Source of the DNA: an uncultured Desulfovibrionaceae bacterium
GTDB taxonomy: Bacteria > Bacillota > Dethiobacteria > DTU022 > UBA8154
Reading direction: 5' to 3'
DNA: 64,000 bases
Assembly (NCBI GenBank): GCA_964567295.1
Contig: CAZMLU010000003.1
Coordinates: 894-64,893 of the forward strand
The position numbers were made by a program, and so were the translations under genes. Shown piece after piece: positions 1-9,799 of the stretch (within the stretch, counting starts at the first letter, position 1; the number at the start of each line of letters is the position of its first letter). The notes under the pieces are model-generated. The model saw only the letters and a program-made list of their open reading frames with translations, was not told the DNA's origin and made no database searches.

Positions 1-443
1 TCAAAATGAGTTCGTACATATGCTGCATCCTTGTGATGCAAGGGCACATCAATGGCGGTGCCGGCGCTTCCCATCTTCTTGGAGGAAGGGATAAGCGACT
101 TGCCACCACCGACCTCCTCCCGAAAGGGTTTTCCCAGCTGGGGATGTAAGCAGGCAGCTGCATGCTCAAGTTCTCCTCCGCCTCCAACGATAGCCGCCTT
201 TCCGTAGCTCTCCACATCTGCCTGGGTAATGCCAGCAGCTTGCAGTGCCCTACGGGTTAAGATGCGGGCCAACTCTTCGCTCCATTCATATAAAAGCGTC
301 AAATCTTCCACATATCTTCCCGTGAAAGGATTATTAAACACAGCCGCAGCTGCAGCTCTCTTGTTTATCCCTTCAATTTCCCGCTCTCCATCTTTCTTAA
401 GCTCTTCCACTACAGTTAAATACTTCCTTACCTGCAGTTCCAT
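1..443 (-). CDS. amino-acid-synthesis (DUF1185/AA_synth) family protein, 3' end runs off window
   Basis: RBS GGAGGTGGCAGT then ATG at ~443; translation MELQVRKYLTVVEELKKDG...NKRAAAAAVFNNPFTGRYVEDL matches the conserved AA_synth core (RKAAAxAVIxNPxAGRxVEDL); no stop before position 1. Confidence 0.5.
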   Translation of the reverse strand, partial: MELQVRKYLTVVEELKKDGEREIEGINKRAAAAAVFNNPFTGRYVEDLTLLYEWSEELARILTRRALQAAGITQADVESYGKAAIVGGGGELEHAAACLHPQLGKPFREEVGGGKSLIPSSKKMGSAGTAIDVPLHHKDAAYVRTHF

Positions 444-508
444 ACTGCCACCTCCTGTAAAGCTTTTTGATTTAACTCAACAGATAGAGAATACACAAGA
501 GGGATATA

Positions 509-1357
509 TCAAAAAGCGGTCCTATTTTCCACCTTTTTTACCTCGAGGGCCAACTGGTCGGGATATGCGGCAATCTCACCGCAGACCTGCAGCACCGCTC
601 CTTTAATGGTTCCTTCCTGGCAAAGCTTTTCCGCCGACTGTAGACCATTTACCAGGGCCCTGCATATTTGCTTTTTAGTAAGGGAACCCACGTCCAGGGT
701 GACTACATGGCCGGGAATATCCGTCTCCGCTTCCACCTCTTCTGCCAGGCACCTGCTGATGTCACTGCTCTCTACATCGGTGCAATTTCCTATATAAGTA
801 GCACAGGCATCGGCTACGGATGCCCGTTGAGCAAGGACCACTGCAGCCGAGGCAATACCCCCGGTGAGGCTCCTCCCTCCCAAACCGCTGGTACATACTC
901 CGCCGATCCCCCGGGACGTATCTACCGCTATCTTTAAGTAATCTTCTTTCCCGTGGGAAGGAAGCCCTACACTGAGCACCCCTTTATCCATATCTGCCAG
1001 GGCTATATCGCCACCGTTGTTAATAATAACTCTATCTGCCCCCATCTCCAGGGATGCCTCCATGGCTACTTCGGAAAAAGAGCCCGCCACAGCCCCCATA
1101 GGTGTTATTTCTCCCGGGAAAAGAAAGGAGGCTTCTATCATTATGCGGGCCACTTCGGGAAGCTTTTGCCCTTGGAAAAGTTCCTTCCTTTGCATCTCTT
1201 CCACCAGGGGAACCAGCTTTTTAAACTCTTGCACAACGAAACGAGCTACTTTTTGTGCCATGCCCGGTTGCCGCTCTACTCCCCGGGAAAGGTCGAGCAC
1301 CATCTGTATAGGGCCATAGTCCAGGAATACCCGGTTATCCTGCATAGTCTCAATCAT
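509..1357 (-). CDS. UPF0280/COG2122 (ApbE-superfamily) protein, copy 1
   Basis: 282-aa ORF; motifs GPM[GA]AVAGxF, NGGDI, GVCTSGxxGxS shared with second copy at 43116-43892; start overlaps upstream stop by 8 nt (translational coupling). Confidence 0.5.
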   Translation of the reverse strand: MIETMQDNRVFLDYGPIQMVLDLSRGVERQPGMAQKVARFVVQEFKKLVPLVEEMQRKELFQGQKLPEVARIMIEASFLFPGEITPMGAVAGSFSEVAMEASLEMGADRVIINNGGDIALADMDKGVLSVGLPSHGKEDYLKIAVDTSRGIGGVCTSGLGGRSLTGGIASAAVVLAQRASVADACATYIGNCTDVESSDISRCLAEEVEAETDIPGHVVTLDVGSLTKKQICRALVNGLQSAEKLCQEGTIKGAVLQVCGEIAAYPDQLALEVKKVENRTAF

Positions 1358-2870
1358 CGTCCTTCTCCAACTCTTCCAGCAGCTGCTGTTTGGTACGGAT
1401 ATGCGCTGTATGCCCGCCTATCTCTTCATATTTCTCCCGGGTCATGGTGTACTCCACCGGTGCTACCGTGGCAGGGGTAGGAACCCAGGTGATAGAATCG
1501 GGGACCATTTTGGAGACATCAACCATGAAATTGATCCCCCCTCCCGGAAGAACAAAGGTAGGTGCTCCTCCTATGGTCAAGCGCACCTCCTCACGATGAA
1601 TAGCCTCTGTAAGTTTTTTGGGAATTCGGGTAACTCCCGACCTTGCACTCCCACCGGTACCCCCGGTATAGATCACCGAAACGCAGGAGGTTTCACAGTT
1701 ATCCGCTAAAATTTTAATAACTTCAAGTGATTCGGGCGTCATGGGGACTTCTTCTGCCGTTCCCCGGGAAGTAACTTCCAGCAGTGCTGCTTGCTGCCCC
1801 GTGGTTTCCGTAACCAGTATCTTTAGGCCGGGCCAGGCTTTTTCCATATCAATTTCTTTTACCGCCTGCAGGGGGTCGGCAATATTTGTTCCTCCCCATC
1901 CGTGCCCGTGCTCACCAAAATACCTTCCGTTGGTACTCTTACGCCCCACGGGAACGATCCCGTTGTATTTTAAGCCTAGCTCTCTTCCGGCGGCATGCTC
2001 CGTCAACAGCCCGATCACGTGATAATCCAAGACAATTACCTCATCCACAGCCCCGGCGAAGTGCTTGCCCATGATGCCTATAGTGGCACTGCCGCAGCCG
2101 ATTCTCATGTAATCTTCCTCTATCCCGTCAATAAGGGGAGCTTTTCCCTGTTGTATCTCTATTCTGCTACCGCCTTCTATCTTAAGGTTAACCTTTCTCC
2201 CATTGACCAGATCCACCAAAGTCCTGGCCACTACAAAGCCGTCATTGCTGCCGCTGAGCAGGTTCGCTCCTCCGAGGGTTAGCATTTTAGCCCCGTACTC
2301 CTCCGTGGTTACCATACCCACCACCCTGCCCTCCCGTTTTACAACGGCTCCTTCCTCGCCAATATACCTGTTCGCATCTATCTTAACCTTAACCCCGCTA
2401 TAGCTCAGCGGAGCTTCTGTGACCACGGTAACCACGTCAACTCCGCGATAATTATCTTGTACTATATACGGGGCGGGCTTGAAACAGGGGTAGTTGGTAC
2501 CGCTTCCCACAGCGGTAATCAAAGGCCGATAAGGAAAACGTTCATCCGGAGCAGAAGCAATGGAATCGACCACCAGTCTGCGGTTTCTAAGAAGATTTAC
2601 GCCGTCATGGAAAAAACGCTTACAGGCCCCCATTTTCCCGGGCGGAATAGAACAGTTTATAGGGCAAGAGGTGCACACCAGGCGCTCATTTTCGGTTTGC
2701 TGCTTTTTTTGCAAAGCCTCCTCCGCACAGGTCCTAACACAGACACCGCAGCCCACACAAGAAAAAAAATCGACCAGAGCAACCCCCGCATCCACGGTGA
2801 TAGAACCAACGGGGCAATTCTTTTCACAGCGGCGGCAGCCCGTGCAATTTTCAGCATTAACAATGATCAT
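1350..2870 (-). CDS. ferredoxin-domain reductase, 6-hydroxynicotinate-reductase-like
   Basis: 506 aa; N-terminal two Cx2Cx2Cx3CP 4Fe-4S motifs plus a third Cys cluster; size and position immediately after the Mo-hydroxylase and enamidase genes match Hnr of the E. barkeri nicotinate cluster. Confidence 0.5.
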   Translation of the reverse strand: MIIVNAENCTGCRRCEKNCPVGSITVDAGVALVDFFSCVGCGVCVRTCAEEALQKKQQTENERLVCTSCPINCSIPPGKMGACKRFFHDGVNLLRNRRLVVDSIASAPDERFPYRPLITAVGSGTNYPCFKPAPYIVQDNYRGVDVVTVVTEAPLSYSGVKVKIDANRYIGEEGAVVKREGRVVGMVTTEEYGAKMLTLGGANLLSGSNDGFVVARTLVDLVNGRKVNLKIEGGSRIEIQQGKAPLIDGIEEDYMRIGCGSATIGIMGKHFAGAVDEVIVLDYHVIGLLTEHAAGRELGLKYNGIVPVGRKSTNGRYFGEHGHGWGGTNIADPLQAVKEIDMEKAWPGLKILVTETTGQQAALLEVTSRGTAEEVPMTPESLEVIKILADNCETSCVSVIYTGGTGGSARSGVTRIPKKLTEAIHREEVRLTIGGAPTFVLPGGGINFMVDVSKMVPDSITWVPTPATVAPVEYTMTREKYEEIGGHTAHIRTKQQLLEELEKDDD

Positions 2871-2887
2871 AGTTCAAAAACCCCCGC

Positions 2888-4042
2888 TTATAGTAGTTGT
2901 GCTTTCCTGGTTGGAGGCGGAGTGTTGTTACTTTTTTGCAACAACAGCTCTCCGTCAACAATAACCATGGAGACCCCGGGTAAATCTCCTAACTCCAGGG
3001 CTGCCAGAGCACTGCCGCCGGCGGAGCCCATGGGAGCATCCATGATAACCAGGTCTGCTTCTCTCCCTTCTTCAATAAAACCACAGTTAAGCCCATAGGT
3101 TAGCGCCGTGTTCCCCGTAGCCATACACAAAGCCTGCTCCGCAGGTATACCGGCTATAGAAGAAAGAAAGGCTACTGATCGCAGTATCCCAAGGGGAAGA
3201 AAACCCGTTCCCGAGGGAGCATCGTTCCCCAACACTATCCGGCGCAGTTCTCCCCTTTGCTTCAGGATCTCAGCCGCCTCTTTCATGGCCCTGGAATTTC
3301 CGCACTGCACCAGTTCCAGCGCCAGATCAGTGCTGCCGATAAGCCTTTCCAGCTCTGCAGGCGGGACCGCTGTAGGACCTCCGTTGAGGTGGGAAACCAC
3401 ACTGGGCTTAACGGTGAGCACATCTTCCACGGAAACGGTACTGCTGCCGGGAATAGAAGTGCCCCCGGTATGCATCGCTACTTTCATCCCATACTTCTTG
3501 GCCCACTCCACCATGGGAGCGGCTTCTTCAGGGTCTTTGACAGAACCCAGACCTACTTCACCTACCAGCCAGACTCCCTGGTCAGACACTTCTTTGAAGT
3601 CTTCTTCCGCAAGCCCCTTTTCCAGAATCAGGGCACCACCGTGCAGTTTGACCCCTCCAGGCCTCAAATTTTGAGAACTCTTGTGGGCAAGCACAGCCAG
3701 GGCCTTTACCCCTGCGGGGTCCTTGGGCCTGCCCGGGGTATGAGGCTCTCCGGCAGAGAGCATAGTTGACACCCCGCCGTGGAGAGAAGCCTCGATAAAA
3801 CCCAGCACCTTTTGGCGCGGGCTGAAATCACCCAGAACTGGGTGGACATGAGAATCAATGAGCCCGGGAATTACTGTGGTCCCCGCCGCATCGATAACTC
3901 GGGCTCCTTCCGTGTCAGAAAGAATTTCTTTGCCTCCCATTTTTTCGATCTTGCCGTCTTTAACCACTATGGTATCCGTTTCAGAAACGGGCCTGTTTAT
4001 ATCTCCCGTTACCAGGGTGTCAATATTTTTTATAACCAGCAA
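2888..4042 (-). CDS. amidohydrolase-superfamily enzyme, enamidase-like
   Basis: 384 aa; metal-binding DSHVHP motif near N-terminus and typical amidohydrolase fold signature; size matches E. barkeri enamidase (386 aa). Confidence 0.55.
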   Translation of the reverse strand: MLVIKNIDTLVTGDINRPVSETDTIVVKDGKIEKMGGKEILSDTEGARVIDAAGTTVIPGLIDSHVHPVLGDFSPRQKVLGFIEASLHGGVSTMLSAGEPHTPGRPKDPAGVKALAVLAHKSSQNLRPGGVKLHGGALILEKGLAEEDFKEVSDQGVWLVGEVGLGSVKDPEEAAPMVEWAKKYGMKVAMHTGGTSIPGSSTVSVEDVLTVKPSVVSHLNGGPTAVPPAELERLIGSTDLALELVQCGNSRAMKEAAEILKQRGELRRIVLGNDAPSGTGFLPLGILRSVAFLSSIAGIPAEQALCMATGNTALTYGLNCGFIEEGREADLVIMDAPMGSAGGSALAALELGDLPGVSMVIVDGELLLQKSNNTPPPTRKAQLL

Positions 4043-4168
4043 TGATGTGATGGCGGCTCACTCCTTTCACTTTTTAAACGCTTCTAATAAATTGATTCCC
4101 GCCAAGAAAGAACGTTTAAAAAACAACGCTTATAACCCCGCTCGTTACTGTAAGATCAATGAAACCTC

Positions 4169-5161
4169 TCATAATAAGTTGCCTGCCTCTTGCAGCTTCT
4201 CTATTACCTTTTCCTGAGTTAGGGGGAGCTCGTAAATCCTTACTCCGGTAGCATTGTAGAAAGCATTCAGTATGGCCGGGGCGGTGGGAATCAATGCTGG
4301 CTCTCCTACCCCCTTGGCCCCGAAAGGCCCCGTCGGTTCGTGATCTTCAACAATCACGGGATAGACTCGAGGCACATCCTTGGAGGTGGATATCAAGTAG
4401 CGTGAAAGGTTGGCGTTCTGTATGATGCCCTCTTTTACCTCTAACTCTTCTAAAAGAGCAAAACTGCAGCCCATGATAGAACCGCCTTCAATTTGCCCTT
4501 CAACCTGCTCGGGATTTATAGCTTTTCCTACATCATGCACCGCGACCACTTTTAAAACGTTCACCTCGCCGGTTTCCGTATCTACTTCGATCTCCACGAC
4601 CTGGGTGGCAAATGCATAAGTGGCATAAGGAGTTCCTTCCATATTCTCAGGGTTAAGAGAGGTTATTTGGGGGTTGAAATAGCCGCTGCCCACGACTAAA
4701 ATGCCTCTATTAGAACACTCTTGCAGCAGCTCAACCATAGTTACCGCATTTTCCGGAGCTTCTTTCAAAAAGGCATGTTCTGCTTCTATACTTACCTCTT
4801 CTTCCTCTGCACCTAACATGCTGCTGGCTACCCGGAGCAAAGTTTTCTTGGCCATTTCCGCTGCTTTTTGACAGGCATTGCCGGAAACATAGGTCTGCCG
4901 GCTGGCAGACGTAGCCCCGCTCTCAGGCGTTACTCCCGTATCCGCAGCGGTGACCTTCACTTTTTCGAAATTTAGGCCCAGGGTTTCCGCCACGATCTGG
5001 GCCAGCACCGTGCTGGAACCCTGGCCAATATCTGCACAACCAGTAAGAACTGTGGCAGAAAGATCATGATGAACCTCTACAAAGGCTGCGGCAGGATTAG
5101 GTAATCCGGTATTGCCGATACCGAACCACATACTGCCCACACCTGTACCCTTTTTTTTCAT
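4169..5161 (-). CDS. molybdopterin hydroxylase large subunit, C-terminal part (NdhM-like)
   Basis: 330 aa matching the C-terminal MoCo-binding domain of the xanthine-DH/aldehyde-oxidase family; start overlaps stop of upstream gene (ATGA). Confidence 0.75.
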   Translation of the reverse strand: MKKKGTGVGSMWFGIGNTGLPNPAAAFVEVHHDLSATVLTGCADIGQGSSTVLAQIVAETLGLNFEKVKVTAADTGVTPESGATSASRQTYVSGNACQKAAEMAKKTLLRVASSMLGAEEEEVSIEAEHAFLKEAPENAVTMVELLQECSNRGILVVGSGYFNPQITSLNPENMEGTPYATYAFATQVVEIEVDTETGEVNVLKVVAVHDVGKAINPEQVEGQIEGGSIMGCSFALLEELEVKEGIIQNANLSRYLISTSKDVPRVYPVIVEDHEPTGPFGAKGVGEPALIPTAPAILNAFYNATGVRIYELPLTQEKVIEKLQEAGNLL

Positions 5162-6435
5162 ATATTATTCTTCCCCTTATCTCCCCATATCTCAGCTTGC
5201 TTTTCCCTGGCTATTTGGATCGTGCTGGAAATACCCACACTATGAGCCAGCTCTTGATTGGTGGCTGTTTTCGAACCTACCTGCAGCGCATTCAGTAAGC
5301 GTATCTCAAAAGGATCCAGGCCCACCTCTTCCGCGAGGAGATCCATCTGGCTTTCATGAGCCACAGCTACCTGCGGCACTCCAAATCCACGCATGGCTCC
5401 GGCCATTGGGTTATTGGTATAGACCAGATAGCCTATAACCCGCACATTAGGTATTTCATAGGGCCCCGTGGCATGAACTACCCCCCTGGTAAGAACAGCG
5501 GGGCCGTAAGAGGCGTAAGCACCGGTATCCAAAACGAGCTCGGCATCCAAAGCAAGTATTTTCCCGCTGCGGGTTGCTCCCGTTTTATATTTCATGTAAA
5601 AGGGATGGCGCTTTGAGGAAGTGTACATGGTTTCTTCAAAGGTATGGTTGATTTTTACAGGTCTCCTGGTGTGATAGCTCAAAAGAGCTGCATGGCACTG
5701 GGAGCTTATATCTAGTTTTCCTCCGAACCCGCCCCCCGTTATGGTCTGGATACCCCTTACACGGCTCTGGGGAAGATTTAAAACTCTGCTCACTTCTTTT
5801 CGATCATGGTGTATATTCTGAGTGGCAGACCAAAAGGACATTACCTCATTTTGATAACTGGCGATAGATACCTGGGGCTCTAAAAAAGCATGGGCTACAA
5901 AACCTGTTTTATAGCTTTTCTCGATGATTACCTCGCACTCAGGGAATGCTTTTTCAACATCATTCTTGATGAGTTTTTTCATGCCCGCAATATTGGAGCT
6001 GCCGTGTAAAGGAGGAGCGTTTTCCTCCATAGCTTGCATGGGGTCGGTTACCGTGGGCAACTCCTCTACGCGGACTTCCACTAAGTCAGCAGCAGCTTCA
6101 GCAATCTCCTTGCTTTCCGCAGCAATAAGACATAGGGGATCCTGGTATCGGAAAATCTTATCTTCAACAAGCACCGGCTCATCTTTAAAGATGATCCCCA
6201 CCCGGTTTTGACCGGGAATATCCTTAGCAGTAACAATCTTTACTACACCGGGCAGTTCTCTCGCCTTCTCCACGTTGATGCTTTTAATTATTGCATGAGC
6301 AACCCGGCTTCTAACAGCTTTTCCATAAAGCATTCCTTCCCAGTGCAGATCGTTACCAAAAGCAGCCCTTCCGCATACTTTATCAGGACCATCGCGCTTT
6401 AAAAGGTTTTTTCCTACCTGGTGACAGTTATTCAT
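5158..6435 (-). CDS. molybdopterin hydroxylase large subunit, N-terminal part (NdhL-like)
   Basis: 425 aa; Ald_Xan_dh_C N-terminal domain (GxxxxKxDGxxKVTGxAxY-like start MNNCHQVGKNLLKRDGPDKVCGRAAF); split-subunit architecture as in E. barkeri nicotinate dehydrogenase. Confidence 0.75.
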   Translation of the reverse strand: MNNCHQVGKNLLKRDGPDKVCGRAAFGNDLHWEGMLYGKAVRSRVAHAIIKSINVEKARELPGVVKIVTAKDIPGQNRVGIIFKDEPVLVEDKIFRYQDPLCLIAAESKEIAEAAADLVEVRVEELPTVTDPMQAMEENAPPLHGSSNIAGMKKLIKNDVEKAFPECEVIIEKSYKTGFVAHAFLEPQVSIASYQNEVMSFWSATQNIHHDRKEVSRVLNLPQSRVRGIQTITGGGFGGKLDISSQCHAALLSYHTRRPVKINHTFEETMYTSSKRHPFYMKYKTGATRSGKILALDAELVLDTGAYASYGPAVLTRGVVHATGPYEIPNVRVIGYLVYTNNPMAGAMRGFGVPQVAVAHESQMDLLAEEVGLDPFEIRLLNALQVGSKTATNQELAHSVGISSTIQIAREKQAEIWGDKGKNNI

Positions 6436-6922
6436 GCTCCTGTCCCTGCCTTTTGTGGCTGGCAGCTTCTTGTACCGCCTCTATGATTTTTTGATACCCT
6501 GTGCACCTGCAGATATTACCCGAGAGGGACGTCTTTATTTCCTCCTCGGAAGGGTCCTGGTTCTCATCGAGCAATACTTTCGCGGACAAAATCATTCCTG
6601 GAAGACAAAATCCGCATTGCACCGCTCCGGTGTTGAGAAAAGCCTCCTGGAGGGGATGAAGGTTATCGCCTTCCCCGCTGAGTCCTTCAATGGTCATGAT
6701 GCGGCTCCCGTCAGCCTGGGGCGCTAATACCAGGCAGGAATTTACAGTCTCGCCGTCCATTACAACCGTGCAAACACCGCATTCCCCTTCGCCGCAACCC
6801 TCTTTCAGGCCTGTTAACTTAAAATCATTTCGCAGCAGGTCAAGCAAGCTCCTGTTTGCCCTGGAAATTACGCTGACTTGTCTGCCATTCAACTCAAACG
6901 ATATATAAACTTCATGCCCCAT
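6428..6922 (-). CDS. [2Fe-2S] small subunit of molybdopterin hydroxylase
   Basis: 164 aa; CGEGECGVC and CGFCxPG...CRCTGY cysteine motifs typical of XDH-family iron-sulfur subunits. Confidence 0.85.
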   Translation of the reverse strand: MGHEVYISFELNGRQVSVISRANRSLLDLLRNDFKLTGLKEGCGEGECGVCTVVMDGETVNSCLVLAPQADGSRIMTIEGLSGEGDNLHPLQEAFLNTGAVQCGFCLPGMILSAKVLLDENQDPSEEEIKTSLSGNICRCTGYQKIIEAVQEAASHKRQGQEHE

Positions 6923-6941
6923 TGTACCGCCCCTCTATCAT

Positions 6942-7820
6942 TCATTGATTAAGATAAACCATGGCCCTACTCAGGGCTCTCCTGGCCACCCCTTTAATAC
7001 TTTCTCTCTTAAACGGTGCCGATTTCCTATCTCCCAGGGTCCCGGCAACCGTATTAGATAATATTTCCAAGGTATTCTGTATAACAACTTCGCTGAGTTC
7101 CTTGCCCTTTAAGTACTCTTCTGCCTCCCGGTCTCTAAAGGGATTTTCGCCTACTGCCCCCAAAGATATTCGCGCCTCCTGTAAGGAAGAAGAATCCTGA
7201 CTACTGCTCAAGAAAACAGCCACACTCAGCCTGGCTATGCTTAGGGCTCTGCGCCTCCCCAGTTTTTCAAATTCTGTTACATCTCTCGCTCCCGGGCTCT
7301 TAAAGTATAAAGCGGTAAGGATCTCATCCTTTCTCAAGGCCGTTCTATTAATACCAAGTAGAAAATCCTCCAGGGGCAGCTCTCTTTCTCCGTGCAGACT
7401 ACTTAAGACTACCCCGGCTTCCAGAACCATTAACGGGGGAACCGAGTCCGCCGCCGGCGACGCGGTGACCAGGTTCCCCCCGATGGTACTGCTGTTTCTG
7501 ATCTGCGGAGAACCCATTTCAGCGCAAGCACCGGCCAGGGCTCTTGCTTTTCTCTGCAGCAGGCCGGATTTCTGCAAGGTAGCAAAACTGGTAGCAGCTC
7601 CGATCCTAATATGTCCCTGCCTCTCCTTGATATAATTAAGCTCCGCTATCTTTTTTAGATCAACAACCCGGACAGGCTTAAGCTCCTCTTTCTTCATACT
7701 TAACAGCAGATCGGTACCCCCGGCCAGTAGGACGGTATCCTCGCGGCCGTCTCCAACCAGTTCCAGAGCTTCTGCCAGAGTTTGTGGTGCGCAGTATTCA
7801 AAGTCACTTTTTAAAAACAT
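6942..7820 (-). CDS. FAD-binding medium subunit of molybdopterin hydroxylase
   Basis: 292 aa; LLAGGTDLLxxMK FAD-binding motif, CO-dehydrogenase flavoprotein C-terminal domain. Confidence 0.8.
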   Translation of the reverse strand: MFLKSDFEYCAPQTLAEALELVGDGREDTVLLAGGTDLLLSMKKEELKPVRVVDLKKIAELNYIKERQGHIRIGAATSFATLQKSGLLQRKARALAGACAEMGSPQIRNSSTIGGNLVTASPAADSVPPLMVLEAGVVLSSLHGERELPLEDFLLGINRTALRKDEILTALYFKSPGARDVTEFEKLGRRRALSIARLSVAVFLSSSQDSSSLQEARISLGAVGENPFRDREAEEYLKGKELSEVVIQNTLEILSNTVAGTLGDRKSAPFKRESIKGVARRALSRAMVYLNQ

Positions 7821-7870
7821 GGCCGTCTACTCCCTGTAAAGAGTATTCCTCCTATCGCTTTGCACTAAGC

Positions 7871-9169
7871 TTACATCATACGGGGCAGATATAAGGCGAT
7901 TTCCGGAAAAATGATGATCAAAGCCACCACGATAAAGACAGGAATCACAAAGGGCAAAGCCCCGATGAATATTTCATCCAGTTCAACCTTCGTGGTCCCG
8001 GCAATAGTATAGAGGTTCAGCCCCATGGGAGGGGTGATCAATCCCACCTGCATCATCATCACGCAAATAACCCCAAAGAAAATGGGATCAAAACCTAACT
8101 CCATGATAACCGGGAAAACCACCGGAAGTGTCAAAACCATCATAGAAACAGCATCAATGAACATGCCCAGTAACAGAAATACTAAGAGGATTATAATCAG
8201 AATCACATATCCGGAAACATCAAGTTCCGCCACACTCCTGGCCAGTACTGTCGGTATGGTTGAAAGAGCGAGAAAATAGGTAAAGACCGTAGCACCGGCT
8301 ACCAGGAAAAGAACCATAGTTGCTACCTTAACCGTCTCCCGCAAAGCTGTAAAAAGATTGCTTAAATTCAGCTTCCTTTTGACCAGGGCCACCAGGAGCA
8401 ACAGGGTAGCTCCTATCGCTCCAGCCTCGTTCGGGCTAAACCAACCCCGGTATATACCCCCCATTACCACAATAAATACTGCAAGGATTTCCCACACCCC
8501 TGCAAGAGAATATATCCTCTCCTTCCAACTCACCTTTTCAGTGACAGGAGGAGCCAGGGAAGGGTTTCGTAACACCATAAGCACCACAATGCCTATAAAA
8601 ACAGCAGCCAGAATGATGCCCGGCAGGATGCCGGCGATAAGCAGCCTTCCAATGGACTGTTCCGTGAGCATGCCGTATACCACAAACCCTATACTGGGAG
8701 GAATCAAAAATCCCAGGGTGCCTCCAGCGGCAATCGTTCCTGTAGAAAGCCGGGGAGCGTAATTATAACGTTCCATTTCGGGATAGGCGATAGTACCCAT
8801 AGCAGCGGAGGTGGCCACCGATGACCCGGAGACCGCTGAGAAGGCTCCACAAGCGGCAATAGTTGCTGCCCCCAGACCTCCCGGAAGCCAGCGAAGCCAT
8901 TTCTCAAAAGTATTGTAGAGGGTACCTATCATACCGCTGCTGGCTGCGAAACTACCCATTATAATAAATAACGGAATAACCATGTACGGGTAATGACTGG
9001 CAACTTCGAAAATGGTCCTTGCTGTCACAGGTAATGCTGCCCCGAGAGAAGCAATCTGCCAGATCCCCACCACCCCCACCAGGATTAAAGCAAGGGCAAT
9101 AGGCATACCTAAGAATAACAGCAGAAAAACAGCGATCACTCCGATAATGCCGATAACAATGGGACTCAA
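7871..9169 (-). CDS. TRAP transporter large permease (DctM family)
   Basis: 432 aa, ~12 TM helices, DctM-type sequence; TTG start overlapping dctQ stop. Confidence 0.85.
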   Translation of the reverse strand: MSPIVIGIIGVIAVFLLLFLGMPIALALILVGVVGIWQIASLGAALPVTARTIFEVASHYPYMVIPLFIIMGSFAASSGMIGTLYNTFEKWLRWLPGGLGAATIAACGAFSAVSGSSVATSAAMGTIAYPEMERYNYAPRLSTGTIAAGGTLGFLIPPSIGFVVYGMLTEQSIGRLLIAGILPGIILAAVFIGIVVLMVLRNPSLAPPVTEKVSWKERIYSLAGVWEILAVFIVVMGGIYRGWFSPNEAGAIGATLLLLVALVKRKLNLSNLFTALRETVKVATMVLFLVAGATVFTYFLALSTIPTVLARSVAELDVSGYVILIIILLVFLLLGMFIDAVSMMVLTLPVVFPVIMELGFDPIFFGVICVMMMQVGLITPPMGLNLYTIAGTTKVELDEIFIGALPFVIPVFIVVALIIIFPEIALYLPRMM

Positions 9170-9693
9170 GTGATCCCCTCCTTACCTGGCTGTTTCTGGT
9201 ATTTTCCGGGGAAAAGCCTGGCTATAGCAGTACAGAAATCTACTATAAGTTCCAGCAGAAGCAGGAAGATGCTTACAGGAACCAGGAGCCTAAAGGGAAA
9301 TTGAGCGATTCTTAACACATCTGACGTTATTCCACCGTATGCAAAGGCTGCCTGCCAACTTATCCAAACTATGACAGCTGCTACAATAATACTAAGCAGG
9401 TACATGATCGCCTCCAGCAATGCTTGTACCTTATCAGGAAATTTTGAAACGAGCAAAGTAACTCTGGGATGCCCTTTTTCTTGTTGGGTATAAGCTATGC
9501 CTAATAGTATAACAACGGACAACATATAGCTCGAAAGCTCTACCGCACCTGGTATAGGAAAGCCCAAAAAGGAGCGCCCTATAACAGCAACTGCGGTAAG
9601 CAACATCATGGGGAGTAACGCTAACATGCCTGCAGAACAGGCGTAGTAAGTTAAGCGCTGTATGACTATCTTTGCTTTGGTTAGCCCCTCCAT
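9166..9693 (-). CDS. TRAP transporter small permease (DctQ family)
   Basis: 4 TM helices; ATG (MEGLTK) start chosen; alternative TTG start at 9735. Confidence 0.7.
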   Translation of the reverse strand: MEGLTKAKIVIQRLTYYACSAGMLALLPMMLLTAVAVIGRSFLGFPIPGAVELSSYMLSVVILLGIAYTQQEKGHPRVTLLVSKFPDKVQALLEAIMYLLSIIVAAVIVWISWQAAFAYGGITSDVLRIAQFPFRLLVPVSIFLLLLELIVDFCTAIARLFPGKYQKQPGKEGIT

Positions 9694-9799
9694 TAGTACT
9701 CTATCCTTTCTTGCTTCTATATTATTCCCCTGCAATCAACACTCTCCCACTTGCACCTGCTCACTTCTCCTCTTCTTCTCCTCTTCTGGCTATACTCTT

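Noticed and set aside
953-4217. Numerous 60-215-aa ORFs on the + strand (e.g. 953-1480, 2457-3098, 3108-3674, 3257-3769, 3858-4217)
   Set aside because: All lie antisense to long, well-supported minus-strand genes (Hnr-like, enamidase-like and others). Their translations are low-complexity (Ser/Pro/Arg-rich) with no family resemblance and no RBS, so they are shadow ORFs.
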